The notes under the pieces are model-generated. The model was not told the DNA's origin, ran no database searches, and saw only the letters and a list, made by a program, of their open reading frames with translations. From Octopus vulgaris (lineage: Eukaryota): a stretch of 64,000 nt of DNA. Of the stretch, positions 42,271 through 57,149 are shown piece by piece. The DNA is taken from the NCBI GenBank assembly GCA_951406725.2, contig OX597814.1:120218001-120282000 (forward strand), given 5' to 3'. The translations under genes and the position numbers were made by a program. Numbering within the stretch: position 1 is the first letter of the stretch; the number at the start of each line of letters is the position of its first letter.

Positions 42271-42697
42271 AGTGCATATAGAATCCAACAAATTATATTT
42301 ATGTGTATCCTTCAAATGTCTTCACTTTGGCGCGCTGAGATCGGAAATCTACCCTGCAGTTAATAAACTGCAGCAGTCAATTTAGCGGTTAGAGAACGTT
42401 ATTTTATTATTTAAAATTGAACAAGGGTAGAAATTGATATTAATCAATTAAAACCAGTGGCCTAGCATATTAAAAATATCCGAAGATTAAAATATTTTTA
42501 CATTCAAAATTTAAAGGACTAACCACTAAAAGTGGACGGTGACATGCTAGATATAGACGTCAAATCGCTATTTTGCACGAAGAATGTGTTCTCAAATAAA
42601 AACTCAGCACAAACCAAAGCGTAAAAAAGAAGCTAGACAAATGAAAATATACCTAGTATATAAATGTATCTAGTACTGCAAATTGAGTTTGTATACT

Positions 42698-43076
42698 ATA
42701 TTGAGATGGCAAATATACCTCACATTGTCGTGCAGTTACTGTTTATACCTCGTTCAGAGACTTATTATATTGCTTGTATACAATTTTTCGAGATCAGTGA
42801 CGTAAAGTTACTGGAAAAAGGATATTAATATTTGCATTGGGAACTGCTTTCATCGAAAACCGGTGATTGTCGTACGCTGATGACGGGTCAAGACCCAGAA
42901 ACTGCAGTCCGTGCGTATCACTTAGGTTGACGAGGGAAGGATTACCTCCCTTTGCAAATACCGATAGGACACAGAAAACGTGTCAATAGCCAGCTGGAGA
43001 CGATGTTCTCCTGGGGCTACCATCTACAGTAACACCCACCCTTAGTGGTTAGCCATATTGAGATGGCAAATATACC
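42698..43076 (+). mobile_element. Retrozyme-like unit: 357-nt monomer plus 22-nt terminal redundancy
   Basis: atattgagatggcaaatatacc occurs at 42698 and 43055. Single central HHR, no ORF, ends next to a CA/TA tract. Confidence 0.8.
42871..42915 (+). ncRNA. Minimal type I hammerhead ribozyme, canonical core
   Basis: cgtacg-CTGATGA-c gggtc aa gaccc a-GAAA-ctgcag-TC-cgtgcg. Confidence 0.88.
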
Positions 43077-43084
43077 CCCCACAC

Positions 43085-43125
<41 letters not shown>

Positions 43126-45582
43126 TCTTTTTATACGTTATCTCGTTCACGTTCAGCCTCAAATCATACGCAGGATTAAAATATACGGACAGTTATACAT
43201 TTCTTCAGTCGTTTTACTTCAACGTTACTTTGTACAAATGCATCCGCGTATTTTCTATTTGTTAGTCGAATTTCGTCTTGCTTGTTTTCATGCATTTACA
43301 AGACTCATTAATATCGATTGCAATTATCGATTTCTTGGAATGTAGGCAATATTCCTCTTATAATGTACAAAACTTGACCGAAACACCATATTGGGAGTAC
43401 TGATTTGTTAACCTTTGAACTTATATATGAAAGTGTAATCCCTGAAGGATTTGGGAAATTAATTCGTACTATGAATGTATATTTTTTTTACTGTTTGCTA
43501 TTAGTTATCCGGTTGTAATTTACATATCAAAATAGGCAGTGACGTAAGTTTAAGATATTAGATGTAATGTGTAGTAAACACATTATTATACCTACTTTGA
43601 AGCATGGTATTTTAAAAAGTCTTCCTGGATTTCGGTAGCAATTACCATGGTTCTCTTACGTGTTGCTTAATATAATCCTCTGCAAATAATTTTAGTTAAC
43701 TTATAAACAAAGTTTTGGAAATGATTTCCTAATAAAAACATTGTTCTATTCCTATTGAAAACATAAACCAAGATACAATATTTCATGATATACTTACAAA
43801 CATTAGAACGAGATCTTTCAAGTTGTATGCAACTTAACGTATTTACCTAAATAACTTGATCTTTCAATTTTACAAAATATTTTAACTATGGTTTCCTTAC
43901 TTCCATTTGAGTAACATATAAAGACTTATCCAGAGTATCTTTTAACTTGAACGTAGTGTATTTCGATACATGCCGCAAACTAAATATTTCTATTAGAAGG
44001 TAAAACAAATAAAGCTAAATAAGAATATATAATAAACCCTAAGAAAATAATGTAAAAAGTAGAAGAGATTCGTTCCTAAATTACTACATTTACATGTCAG
44101 TTATTTCTCCGAAAGTACAGCAAGTTTGCATTAACAACTCAGCGATGTTTTAAACGGTATGGACGTCTGTCAAGATTGGACAGCTTGTTGTCTAGATTGC
44201 CGTTAGCATAGTAAATGTTTCACTCAGCTAGTATTTGTTATTCTGCAAGGTTGCAGCATATCACATTGAAAAGCATCCAAAATACACGACAGGACAGAAC
44301 ATTAAAGGTAAACTAGCATGATGAAATAGCATGTCAGTTCAAGAAATAGTACATGGTTCCTTGTAAAACCTCTGTGTCAGAATACGTCCAATATGTCAAT
44401 ACCGCAACTTCGAAATGTGCTGTCGTTTGCGAGACATTTCTAAAAGCTATATCTGTGGCCGTTTTTGTCCAGCTTATCTTAAATTTCACAGGGCTATGGT
44501 AAATAGATTTCCAGCACCTTATAATCATCCCGTTTTCTGTAACAATAACTTCAGGTATTATTTACTCATTATATTATCTATTTTGTTATCATCATGTTTA
44601 AGAGAAAACGATGTAATTTGAGGACGATGCGGCTGCTATGTCTCACAATATGGTGAATATGTATAAGCTGCATTATCTAACAGGTTTTCTTTGTTGGTGT
44701 GCTTATAATTGTAAATGGTCGCGATGTAATCATAGATATACACATTCTTTCATTTGTTGGTAACAATAAATTTATCACGGTTTAGAACGTGCAGGAAAGG
44801 TTCAGGCACAATGAATTTTAATAAGTGGATTGCAATGCATCATATACTATCTAAATTTTCTGAATACTAGGTGGTTACTGAAAAATACGCCTCTGATAGA
44901 TACCGACTTTGGGTCGCAGAATATCATAATTAAAAAATATACATATGGTGATGCATTTTGTTACTTATTTAATACGAAGATAACTGCAGGTGAGCAAGAT
45001 CTCTCCTAGCCTTCTCAGACTGATGATCTCCATGGTGTTAATGTTTCTTGCAAACTGTTGCAAGGAAGACATAAATATGGAGAATATGAAAGCTGCTCAT
45101 GTAGTGGAGAGGAATATGCTCAGTGTCAGACCGGAGAGTAATTGGGTACAGCATAGGTAGATTGAGGTTGTGTTACCTGCGTGTAGGAAGTACAAGGTTA
45201 GGCAGATCCAAAGTATAGACTCCAATATAGAAGAATATAATAAAATTAAGAATAAGTGTATTGACTCCTTTAGCACGGATAGATACACGGTATATATATA
45301 TATATATATATAATTGCGAATAGATGTCACTTCTTTTTTTCCAGAAATTTGACGTTCTTAATGTCAGAAAAGTAAAAGGGCAAATTTTTTTCTAGTATAC
45401 CATTTAAAATCTAGCGTTAGTCGTATTTAGTTCATACTTGGTTTCTGTCAGTTACTCTGTTTTGTTTTGTCTAACAACACAATATTCTTCCAAATGTTTT
45501 CTGAAATACAATCAAGTAATATATGCTATATGGTATTTATATCCGCTGCTTTCGTATTGACTCTTTGAAATTAATGGAGTAC

Positions 45583-45658
<76 letters not shown>

Positions 45659-46838
45659 CATATGAACTGGAAATGTAATGGGAAAGATTCTTAGACATTA
45701 ATTATTTACAGTATATCTCGATATGTACTTCACTTCGTTTCCGTGCATTTTTTCTGTTCATAACTTCCTATTAATTTCATTTAGATCAATAATGCAGAAA
45801 CCATTACCTCACATCGAAAAGTGTATCCATCAACCATTGATTTATGGAAGAGAAAATATAATGTTTGACATATTTGACATCTCTGAAGTATCTCGAAATA
45901 TGAACACGAAACAATTCATGGATCTATCAATTTTTCAGAAAGACAAGTAAAATATTTTGTCACGTCACTCTAGGGTGTGTAAAGTGTAATGTGAACAAAT
46001 GTAAGTGCATGTATGAAACTCTATGTTCTCCTTTCTTGAAAAGAATAACATGAGCTCTTTCAAGTATTGTAGACATACACGATTCGCATTTTTAGATATT
46101 TACATAACATTAGTACCGATCACATTTTCAGGAATAAAATATTTTGGATTTTTTTAACATTCTCGTCGATACTGTTGCTTGTACATACATAATACTTTCC
46201 AACATTTTTTCCGTAGTGATGAGACATATTTTATTCGAAATGATATGATATTAAAATAAATATAAAAATATTACCTGGTTATTAAATTGTTGAATACACT
46301 CACAGACTATCATAATATCACCTCGTATTTTTCCTTCCTATCATAAAAATATTACGGATAAATAACTGGCGAATAAGCTTACACAAATATTTGGATGAAG
46401 GTGAAATAAAAACTTTAAAATATAATGTCGAAATATTTGAGATGAAAATATAATGTCATCACGTTTACTATTTATTATTTCGGAAAAAAAAATTCAACAT
46501 TTTTTATGAGTTATTACATCGGTTCAGTAGTAATTGCATTGCACTTTTGGACAGCTACAACATACGTACATATACATACACGCACACATACACACGCGCA
46601 TGTGTATATAAAGGAGTATGTATGTATTATGTATATATATATATATACATATATATATATACATATATATGTATTTATATATATGTATATATAACACACA
46701 CACACATATATATATACGTATGTATATATACATATGCATATATATGTTTTGTGTACTGTACGTATATTTATATCTTTGTATCTGTAAGTATATCTGTCTA
46801 TGTTTACCTCTCTCTATCTATGTATTTATCTGTCTCTC

Positions 46839-46891
<53 letters not shown>

Positions 46892-47145
46892 ATAGATAGA
46901 TAGATATATAGATATATATATATGTATGTATAGATATATTCATATATTATGTATGTAAAAACGATATTCTGTAAAAGCTTATGGACATATTATATTTTTT
47001 ATTTTAGTCGTAAAATAAATTTCACATGATTACAATCAATAAAACTCAGTCGATATTTGAATTATTGATAAAATATCATTGGTAGCATTAAAATTTACAT
47101 AGTTGCTAGCACATGTAATGATTACGAAGGGTCAATGAATATATG

Positions 47146-47176
<31 letters not shown>

Positions 47177-48897
47177 ATGTATGTATGTATGTATGCCTGA
47201 TTATATGCACTGCCACATGTAGACATAGGCACTCGTACATAGAAGTAATATTTATATCATGTACGTATGAATATATTAAATAATATTTGCATTAAAATCA
47301 AGGTTCATCACCAAACGCTTGTAATATATGTACCCATTACGCAGAGGAGTAGATATCTTCAGACGCGGTCCAACGATAATTGTTTTCTTCTGCCTAGAAA
47401 CTAAGGGCGTCCAGTTGGCGAGCATCCACTAGTGTTAGTATGATTATTAATTTTCTTCGGGCTTCCATCTTAGCTTCGGTCTATAGTTTCGTAACTAGCC
47501 TTCTGCTGCCTCTCACATCCTACGAGCAAAGGCTTTATTTTCTAACATAATCCAACGCCTTTTAGCATCGTTCGTTTTTCACATGTGAAAGAATCCCCTA
47601 CAGACAATCTCCTTGCAATCCTGCTAAATAATCAAGGTGTCTTGTAGTAAAATACTCTACCGTACTATAGTTGTTGCCGTTTCCTATTCCACCGCATGCA
47701 ATATAAATGGCATTTTCTGCACGTTAGTTGGTGTTCCTGTAGTCTTGCTGACGCAGGCCTATGCGAGAATATTATGGATATATTGACATGATTTCGCTTC
47801 AGTCTATTTTGGCTAAGTGCTATAATTCACTTCTCATGATTAACGCCGAGGGGCAAGAAAGCGTACACAGAAAGCGTACATAGATGGTATACTATTCTTG
47901 CTCTGTCTCTCAGATATATTGGTATTGAGATTCTGTTATACACGTCTTACAACAGGGAGGATATGTGAATAGATTTATCTCTAATAGTTTCTTAATGTGT
48001 TATTCCTCTTTTAAAAGGTTGTTTATGGTCAACGCTCTCTGAGAAACTGACTCTACAGCACAAGCTTTTGTATTTGGGTTATATCTTGCAACTGACTCGA
48101 TCATGAATTTTTTTTCCTTCTACCATGTTTGACAACTGTAAGAGCGAGAGCATGATATCCACTGTATTACATTTCAATGATGTCGCGTAAACCTAATATA
48201 CACTCGGTCTGCGTAAATGAAATATTGGCTGTCCAGCTGTATTTAGATTTTGTATGTGACTGCATAGCTTACTTAACTGAATTTCTTAATCAAGGATAAC
48301 AATGGAAGTATGAACATTCCAGAACTTATGTACAGATCTATTGTACTGAAAAGTTCAGAATCACACCTCACCAAAAAATTGCGGAGTTGCACGTAGATTC
48401 TGTTTACCTCCCTTTTAATATTTGGAATCAACCATACATTGTCAACACTCACACAACTCGGGGTAAGAGTATCAAGCGATACGCTCATATATTTAGTCAC
48501 CTGCATTCTCCTGTTCCGTAAAGCATCCTATTTCTTGCATTTCTGCTGCTACTATACATTTGGGAATCATCGAATCATATTCCAAGACTTCTTATCGGTA
48601 CAATTTCTTTTACATCAAGGGAATTTCAACAACCTGCAATTTCAAATTAATCAGTATACCAAATTGACAATTTCTGGTAAACATACTCATAAATTTCTTA
48701 GTCATAATGCTAATTATCGATCAAGCACTCACCTCCTGCTTTCAAGTGCAGTTAGCACCCGTTCCACCTCTGCAGCTATTCCGCTTGTCAATATTATATC
48801 ATTCACACAAACAAAAAAATGAGATCTCCTTAGCAAGTCAATGCCATATTGGGATTCAAATTTCTTCCTAGCATTTACTATGCATACATACATATAC

Positions 48898-49189
<292 letters not shown>

Positions 49190-49208
49190 ATTTCGGGATT
49201 GTCATTTT

Positions 49209-49297
<89 letters not shown>

Positions 49298-49314
49298 ATG
49301 GTTGTATATATGTA

Positions 49315-49630
49315 TTGAAGACTCCCTTCGATCACGAATGGGCGTGGAATTGGACCTAGAATGTTACCCTCCGAGACACAAGTCCGGGCAAGGTTGTTTA
49401 TGGAACAGCCTCCCCTCTCCACGCCACCGATGTCATCCAAGGGAAAGACAAAGGGGCGGATACAGCTTGGCATCAGTGACGTCGCAACTCATTCTACAGC
49501 TGAGTGAACTGGAGCAACGAGAAATAAAGTGCCTTGCTCAAGAACACAACACGCAGCCTGGTGGTATTGGAAATCACAATCTCACAGTCGTAAGTTCGAA
49601 GGTTTAACCACAGAGCCATGTGCCTTTACA
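49315..49630 (-). mobile_element. tRNA-derived SINE, family D
   Basis: Minus strand: ggcacatggctctgtggttaa (A box)...gtgttgtgttcttgagcaaggcactttat...ctccagttcactcagctgt central domain. Confidence 0.7.
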
Positions 49631-49867
49631 TAGAAGGATGAAAAAAATTGTATACACATGCACACATATATGTATACATATATATACGTACATAAATATA
49701 AACACGCGCGCACAAACACCACGCACACGCACACACACATGTAAATATATACACAAATGTCGAGAAAAACAACATGTTTTAAATTTTTGAGCGAGAGAAG
49801 TACAGTAAGAGTACCGAATGGTAATGTTTATATGCCAATATAACGTAGCAGCTCTGTAAAATATATG

Positions 49868-50240
49868 TTACTGTTGTTTTAGCGCCAGCAGGCTATGGAC
49901 ACACCGTTTGTGTCCGTATATAGCATTTGCAAGGAAGCTCATTGCTAGAGATGGGAGCGATGAGATGGGAACGATGATCTCCCTAGCGAATACTATACAC
50001 GGCCACAAAATGTGTGCCGATAGCGAACTGGAAAAGATGTTCTCCTGGGGCTAAAACAGCACAAATATCGTCCTTTTTAGGGCTGCCACGTTATCTTGGC
50101 GTATAAACATTAATACATACATAGATATATACATGCATACATTACTATGGCTGACCCCTCGTTATCGAGAATGGCCATTGCATGAAGCTTAACTGTTACT
50201 GGTGCTGTGATCGAATATGACTTTTTAGCCCAGCTAAAGA
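49868..50240. mobile_element. Diverged copy of the 357-nt family with inverted 5' arm, HHR not recognisable
   Basis: Blocks gatctccct, gatgttctcctggggcta and atggctgacccc. 49870-49925 is an imperfect inverted copy of ~49990-50060. Confidence 0.55.
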
Positions 50241-50259
50241 TCTAACATACATACATACA

Positions 50260-50293
<34 letters not shown>

Positions 50294-50524
50294 CATACAT
50301 ACATACATATATATATATGTATATATACATACATATAAAACTTAGATAAAACTTAGATATGTTTCGACCAGAGATTGGTCCAGGCCATGTCTAACTTAAT
50401 AGCACCACCTGATAGGATTATTCGAATCCTGTTTAAGTCAAGTTTTGTTCAAGTAGTGAGTTCTTGTTGGGTGAGTTGTATCCAATCATGGGTGGCTTGT
50501 CTGGTATTCTTTGAAGGAATCTAT

Positions 50525-50633
<109 letters not shown>

Positions 50634-50699
50634 CATTTTTTGAGTAATAAGATAAAAAAACAAGGATGTGTAGATATTAGACCATTTATAGATAGATGG

Positions 50700-50749
50700 T
50701 CTTACAGCTGTTTCTAGCATATTTATTAATAATATCCCTTCATCGGAGA
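50700..50749 (-). ncRNA. Hammerhead-like motif (U4C core) in a PLE-type fragment (50631-51000) ending in (TA)n
   Basis: Minus strand: tct-CCGATGA-agggatatt...aatatgcta-GAAA-cagctg-TA-aga. Confidence 0.65.
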
Positions 50750-51002
50750 GGATAGTTATCGTGTGAGAGGATAGTTATCGTGTAAAAAAGCCTTCCATCG
50801 CATTCTTCGGATTAGGTCCTTAGATTTGGAAAGGAGGAGTAAGAGTAAAGTATTTTGTGAAGGAATAGGTGTGTCCTTAAGAGAGATGCGAAGGAATTGT
50901 TTATCTATTACTGAAGCGTTACCTGGGATAAGTGCACATAATAACGAGAAGTTGCGGTTATAAGAGATAATGCTGAATATGTGCTAAAGACGGAACATAT
51001 GT

Positions 51003-51407
51003 CTTTTAGTCTTTTAGTGTTTTATTTGTTTCAGTCATTTGACTGCGGCCATGCTGGAGCACCGCCTTTAGTCGAGCGCGGGACTTATTCTTTGTAAGCC
51101 CAGTACTTATTCTATCGGTCTCTTTTGCCGAACCGCTAACTGACGGGGACATAAACACACCAGCATCGGTTGTCAAGCAATGCTAGGGGGACAAACACAG
51201 AGGTAAACACAGACACACACATATATATATATATACATATATACGACGGGCTTCTTTCAGTTTCCGTCTACCAAATCCACTCACAAGGCATTGGTCGGCC
51301 CGTAGCTATAGTAGAAAACACTTGCCCAAGGTGCCACACAGTGGGACTGAACCCGGAACCATGTGGTTGGTAAGCAAGCTACTTACCACACATCCACTCC
51401 TGCGCCT
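51003..51407 (-). mobile_element. SINE family A, full-length reference copy
   Basis: tRNA-like head ggcgcaggagtggatgtgtggtaag...gggttcagtccc, ccttgggcaag domain, internal microsatellite, and LINE-like tail. Confidence 0.9.
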
Positions 51408-53012
51408 ATATATATATATACATACATACATACATACATACATACATTCATATATATATATATATATATATTAAAATATGCGGCCACCCAGATTTTAAAA
51501 TTTTCCTGAGCCAACTAAGGATGATTTCATGAAGCTGATTGAAATGTAATTACATTAATATGTTAAATTTGTGAAGCTTGTGTTTAATATACGGTGTAAG
51601 TCTATATTCGTGCAGCTAAGAAATATGGCGTTGGTTTCTAAGTTTAAGAAGGTATATTGTCTTAATGCAAGAGTTTTAAATATCATCTCCATCCACTAAA
51701 GCCTATTTCAACAATTGGACGGGATTTGAAAGCAGAGCAAGAGAATCTGATATAAATACTGCAAGCCATTTTAACTGAATTTCCTAACACTACGTCAATA
51801 CACATCCTTGCCCACATCGAAGAACGGAAAAAAAATGTATTCACATACACACATATATACATGTGTATTCGATCTCTCTATATATCATTATTTGATGCAC
51901 TCTATTAAATTATTTTCTGTGCTTTTACAGTTAGATTTAGTATAGTGTAAGGGATTTTTAAACCGATCTCTGACCCAAACACACATTTGAGCAAGCCTTC
52001 ATCCTTCTCTCTGAGTAAATTTTCAACTAACAAATTTACTGCATTTGTACATATCCGTAGGCCTTTAGGAGTTAGCAGTGCAGTAAATTTAATTACATTG
52101 AGTACATAAGAAATGGGAATACATGATATATCTCCTCTCAAGTCTATAAGTAAAGAATTCATGAATTTATGCTTGCTTGTATGGTTCGTATAATATCATA
52201 GTCTATATTTATTAATTCCATTGTTATATATGATCATGCTCGTATAATGGAGCGTCGGTTGAGTGAAATTATAGAGTTCCATACAGATATATTGCTGTAT
52301 TTAGTTATGTCATACTCTGAAGAAATTGATTTCGTTTTCGTTTTCTCCTTTAGGATTGTTCTTATAAAAACAACAGAATATCTATATGAACTACATTCTA
52401 TCTTCTGATGTTTATCAGCAAGATGAACTGTTTGCATTTCGTCCGTCCTACAATGATAATTTAATGCCAGGAAAGCAATGTAGACAATACAATTAATGAT
52501 ATTTATATACCAAAAATATGTACTTTAGAGCAAAATATAGAAATCAATATTCCTTAACTATATAAACATTTATATTAAGTTTATCACGAAATGCTCTTTA
52601 TTTTGACGTCTAAGGATTCCGGATAATTTATGTATAAACATTTAAATGCTCGATACCAAAGTTCAAACTTATATTTTAATTAAAAATCCTATTTAAAGTA
52701 GGAATAAGTTAGGCATTCGTCTGAGTCGTTTATTACTTGTGTTCCCATTTTGTTCTTGATTTAGTGGAGGTTAACAAATACAACAATTGTTTACTAAAGT
52801 TTTGCTCATAAATTTTTCAATACAGACAATATACCAGCCATGAATACGCCAGAAGTGAATGAACACAGAAACCACACTCATGGGGTAAAAGCCACATCAC
52901 CCGTCACTTCCACGACCTTGGTTCCTTAGCCTCGGTTAGCCTACATTATGATTTACTAGTAACAATTATTGATTTCATTACAATGAACATACAGTCTCAC
53001 AAATCCTCACAC

Positions 53013-53106
<94 letters not shown>

Positions 53107-53199
53107 TATCTATCTATTATCTATTTGTCTATTATCTATATATCTATTTATTATCTATTATCTATCTGTCAATCAAGCTATATATCTAACTGTTTATTT

Positions 53200-54790
53200 G
53201 TCTTGCCCTCCCTAATAAATTAACCCTAATAACTTAACATTATCCTCAGCTCAATACATATAAACCCAAATTGCCACCTGACCTCCCCCATCTAACAACA
53301 TTAACCCTCATAATTCCAACTATAATTCCGCTACTGACATCCGAACCTTAAGTTTAGCACAATGCCCAACTATACCTCTTGTAAAAATAGAGAACGACAC
53401 AGACGATACCACCGAGCACAATAATTATCATATTATACAACTCCATAATATATATTAATACCAGCAATAATAACGAATCTAACACCGGTACCTCATTAAA
53501 TAACAATCCCCTCACAAATTCAATTAGACGTTCAGACCCCTGTCCTTTAGATACAGCTATCTCATAAAAACACATCGTGTACAGTATCAACTACCAACTG
53601 TAACTGCATAAATATCGACGCATGCAGCATCACCTTCAAAGCTAGAGTGAGCAAACACTACTACAGTTTCAAATACCGAACAAAATCCAACAGTACATCG
53701 TTATCACAGCTTATCAATAAACTCAAGATCGCTCTAACTCTTTACATTCTCAAGAGTCTATTGTCTCCCACGTCAATCCATACAGCAACCATAATAACAA
53801 GTGCGATCTCTTCATAGCCGAGGTCTTAATCATTTTGCATTCCAGGGATTGTGTTAATGAATGCAGCTGTATAACTTTTAACTGCAATCATCGATCACTG
53901 AATATATTCTCAAAATACAAATAGCAACAACCCCACCCTGTCATTGTTTCCGTAAACTTCACAAATTTTCCTTCTTATTTAACCTCATTACTACTATATA
54001 TTACACCAATTATATCTTGCCTTCAATTCTTTATTGTCATTTACATATTTCTCTCTATATCTTTCCTTACCATTTATTATTTTTTTTCTCTTATTGCACC
54101 TGGCACCCCCTCCTACCCACTTGTAAACTTACAAGTACATACGCCAACATGCACCTCTACTACATTATACTGTAAACACGCTCGTGGCACAAAATATACG
54201 CGCTCCTTAATTGATTGCTAGTAGTAACCGCAACGATTCTTACCCATTCTATCTTACTTTCTTCATTCATACTTTTTACTCCCTCTTGACCAACAATATT
54301 TCCCCACCCTCTTCCCTCCACATTATATATTTTTTTCAAATACCACTCCCCTTGCTAATTTCTGTGATTTACCCAAAATAACCCTATTGAATAGGCTTGC
54401 TTAAATTCCTCTTCCTTCTCGCTCCCTTGTGTTTTTTCGTTTTCCTTCTATTAACCCTAATTTCTCCCTACATTTATATTCTGCACTCCTACTGTGCTCT
54501 CCACACATTCTGATTGAATCTTCCATATGTTAAAATATACCTCCTAGCTACAATGAAACTTTTATTTAAGCATATTATCCTTGGCCTGAAGAGTAGCCCC
54601 TCGCTTGGATATTTACCACTTCCGAGGTTCCGCCTACTGTGAAACATAGCGATCTATTTACTTCATTCCTTAACTCTTGTATTCTCATTCGCATACATGA
54701 CAACGCTGTGTACCAACCGTGAAATATAAAACGAACTTTTTTTCAATTTATCATACTTCGATAACAAGATAATCCTTAACCTTCAGTCTC
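53200..54790 (+). mobile_element. Decayed Penelope-like element (GIY-YIG remnant plus pyrimidine-rich 3' region)
   Basis: 53570-53923 reads IVYSI...TFKARVSKHYYSFKYRTKSNSTSLSQLINKLK.../PYSNHNNKCDLFIAE...CNHR..FSKYK with frameshifts. Degenerate HHR-like CTGAAGA-gtag...ctac..GAAA at ~54586-54645. Confidence 0.8.
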
Positions 54791-54859
54791 AATATACCAC
54801 TGTTGTTCCTAAAGCTGCTTTTTTAAAAATATTTACTACGGATAGATTGAAGCTAACAT

Positions 54860-55648
54860 TCTCCCTACACCTCAATCCTAGGTGAAAGAACGACGAGCGA
54901 TCTGGAGGAACTCACATTAGCATCGTCGCGGAAATATAGCGAAAATTCAACAATTTGTGCATGATGATCGATGGAGGACAATGACCGACATTGGTGATGT
55001 TGTTTGTCTGAGGTATGGATCAGTGCAGGTAATCCTAACGCCTGAATTGAGCCTGCATCATGTCCCTGGTTCCAGATTCGTCCCCGCATGCTGACAACAA
55101 CTGAGCAGAGAATTTGACAAGACCCCGTCTGCGTACTGCTAATGAACCATCCTTCATGTCGATGATCATCACCGGTGACGAGAGTTGTGTCTACGGGTAC
55201 GACCTTGAGATGGGGTAGCAATCCTAGCAGTGGAAGAGCCGTTTATCTCCATGACCAAAGAAGGCACGACAGAGCTGCAACTCAATCAATATCATGCTCA
55301 TCGACCTTTTCGACAACTTCGGTATTGTGCATTGAGGATTCCTTCCACAAGGCCAGAACGTCAATCGAGAGTTCACCTGCGACTTTTCAAGCCTTCAAGG
55401 AAGGATATTCGGCGAAATTGACGGCACTGCCCTCTTCCAACGAGCTCTCCTTATTCGTGACATTCTTGCCACAACACGGTATCTTCGCTTTATTCGCCAG
55501 ATTTAGCGCATACGGACAGTCATCTCTTCCTACAAGTTAAAAAGGCAGCTCAAAGGTCACCGTTGTCGCGAACAATATCTGATCGCAAGTCTTCGACACG
55601 CTTATGGATTCCAAAGTAATCTGTCCTAGAATATTTTGATATCACCTC

Positions 55649-55651
<3 letters not shown>
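54860..55651 (+). mobile_element. mariner transposase pseudogene with right TIR
   Basis: IITGDESCVYGYD...QS*QWKS, KKARQ...IML..FD..GIVH..F.PQGQNVN, YSPDLA. Ends ...gatatcacctcg-TA. Confidence 0.9.
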
Positions 55652-55707
<56 letters not shown>

Positions 55708-56048
55708 TATATATATATACACATATATATATATATACATATATATAAAGATATATATATATATATATATATCAACAATTGAGGGTAAAATTAATTAATC
55801 AATTTCACCAAGTGTTCAGTATGTAAAAGGACCATTTAAGGCGAATTCAAAATATTACATTATATAATTAGGGCTTAGTAAAATAACTTACTTTACCACA
55901 TACTGAACTTAGTAGAAATAGCAGCCCCCAAAAATTTTTTTAGCCATTTCTACTACTTAAAGAAAATTTCTCTCAGATAATGTTTACTCCAGACAGCTCA
56001 CGAAGGTTTGGAGGTAAATACAGAAAAATATCACAAGTACATAGATCG

Positions 56049-56111
56049 TTTGAGTACGTCAACGTTTCAAGATTAGCCAAATAAAATCAGCATTTCTTTC
56101 GTCAGCTCAAA
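56049..56111 (-). ncRNA. Type I hammerhead ribozyme (left arm)
   Basis: Reverse complement of 56905-56967. Confidence 0.88.
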
Positions 56112-56904
56112 ATTTCTTAATTTGGATTTGGAAACACTAAAAAGAAGGAACTTTACCTATCGCCGAACTTGTCGCTTCAGATGAACCAGCTCCAACTGCC
56201 AGTGCCAACAAATTCAAAATGCGCAGGCGTAAATTTCTGCACTCCTCTTCCACCCACATGGTCTATCTAGCAAACATTATATTTTAACCGCGAGAACCGA
56301 GGCAGTATGACAGAGAGAAATGAATTATAATATCAACAATTGAGGGTAAAATTAATTAATCAATTTCACCAAGTGTTCAGTATGTAAAAGGACCATTTAA
56401 GGCGAATTCAAAATATTACATTATATAATTAGGGCTTAGTAAAATAAATTCTGTATTTACCTCCAAACCTTCGTGAGCTGTCTGGAGTAAACATTATCTG
56501 AGAGAAATTGTCTTTAAGTAGTAGAAATGGCTGCTATTTCTACTAAGTTCAGTATGTGGCAAAGTAATTTATTTTACTAAGCCCTAATTATATAATGTAA
56601 TATTTTGAATTCGCCTTAAATGGTCCTTTTACATACTGAACACTTGGTGAAATTGATTAATTAATTTTACCCTCAATTGTTGATATTATAATTCATTTCT
56701 CTCTGTCATACTGCCTCGGTTCTCGCGGTTAAAATATAATGTTTGCTAGATAGACCACGTGGGTGGAAGAGGAGTGCAGAAATTTACGCCTGCGCATTTT
56801 GAATTTGTTGGCACTGGCAGTTGGAGCTGGTTCATCTGAAGCGACAAGTTCGCCGATAGGTAAAGTTCCTTCTTTTTAGTGTTTCCAAATCCAAATTAAG
56901 AAAT

Positions 56905-56967
56905 TTTGAGCTGACGAAAGAAATGCTGATTTTATTTGGCTAATCTTGAAACGTTGACGTACTCAAA
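56905..56967 (+). ncRNA. Type I hammerhead ribozyme, canonical core
   Basis: tttgag-CTGACGA-aaga...tctt-GAAA-cgt tg acg-TA-ctcaaa. Stems I, II and III all pair. Confidence 0.9.
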
Positions 56968-57149
56968 CGATCTATGTACTTGTGATATTTTTCTGTATTT
57001 ACCTCCAAACCTTCGTGAGCTGTCTGGAGTAAACATTATCTGAAAGAAATTTTCTTTAAGTAGTAGAAATGGCTAAAAATTTTTTTTTTGGCTGCTATTT
57101 CTACTAAGTTCAATATGTGGCAAAGTAATTTATTTTACTAAGCCCTAAT

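Noticed and set aside
47300-48260. Possible old LINE remnant
   Set aside because: Slightly higher GC, but no motif could be read in any frame.
50350-50390. Minus-strand gacca/tggtc stem followed by GAAA-catatc-TA
   Set aside because: The CUGANGA core is missing, so at most a broken HHR remnant.
51905-52162. 85-aa complex-looking minus-strand ORF
   Set aside because: No recognisable motif or clear splice context, so it cannot be supported without a search.
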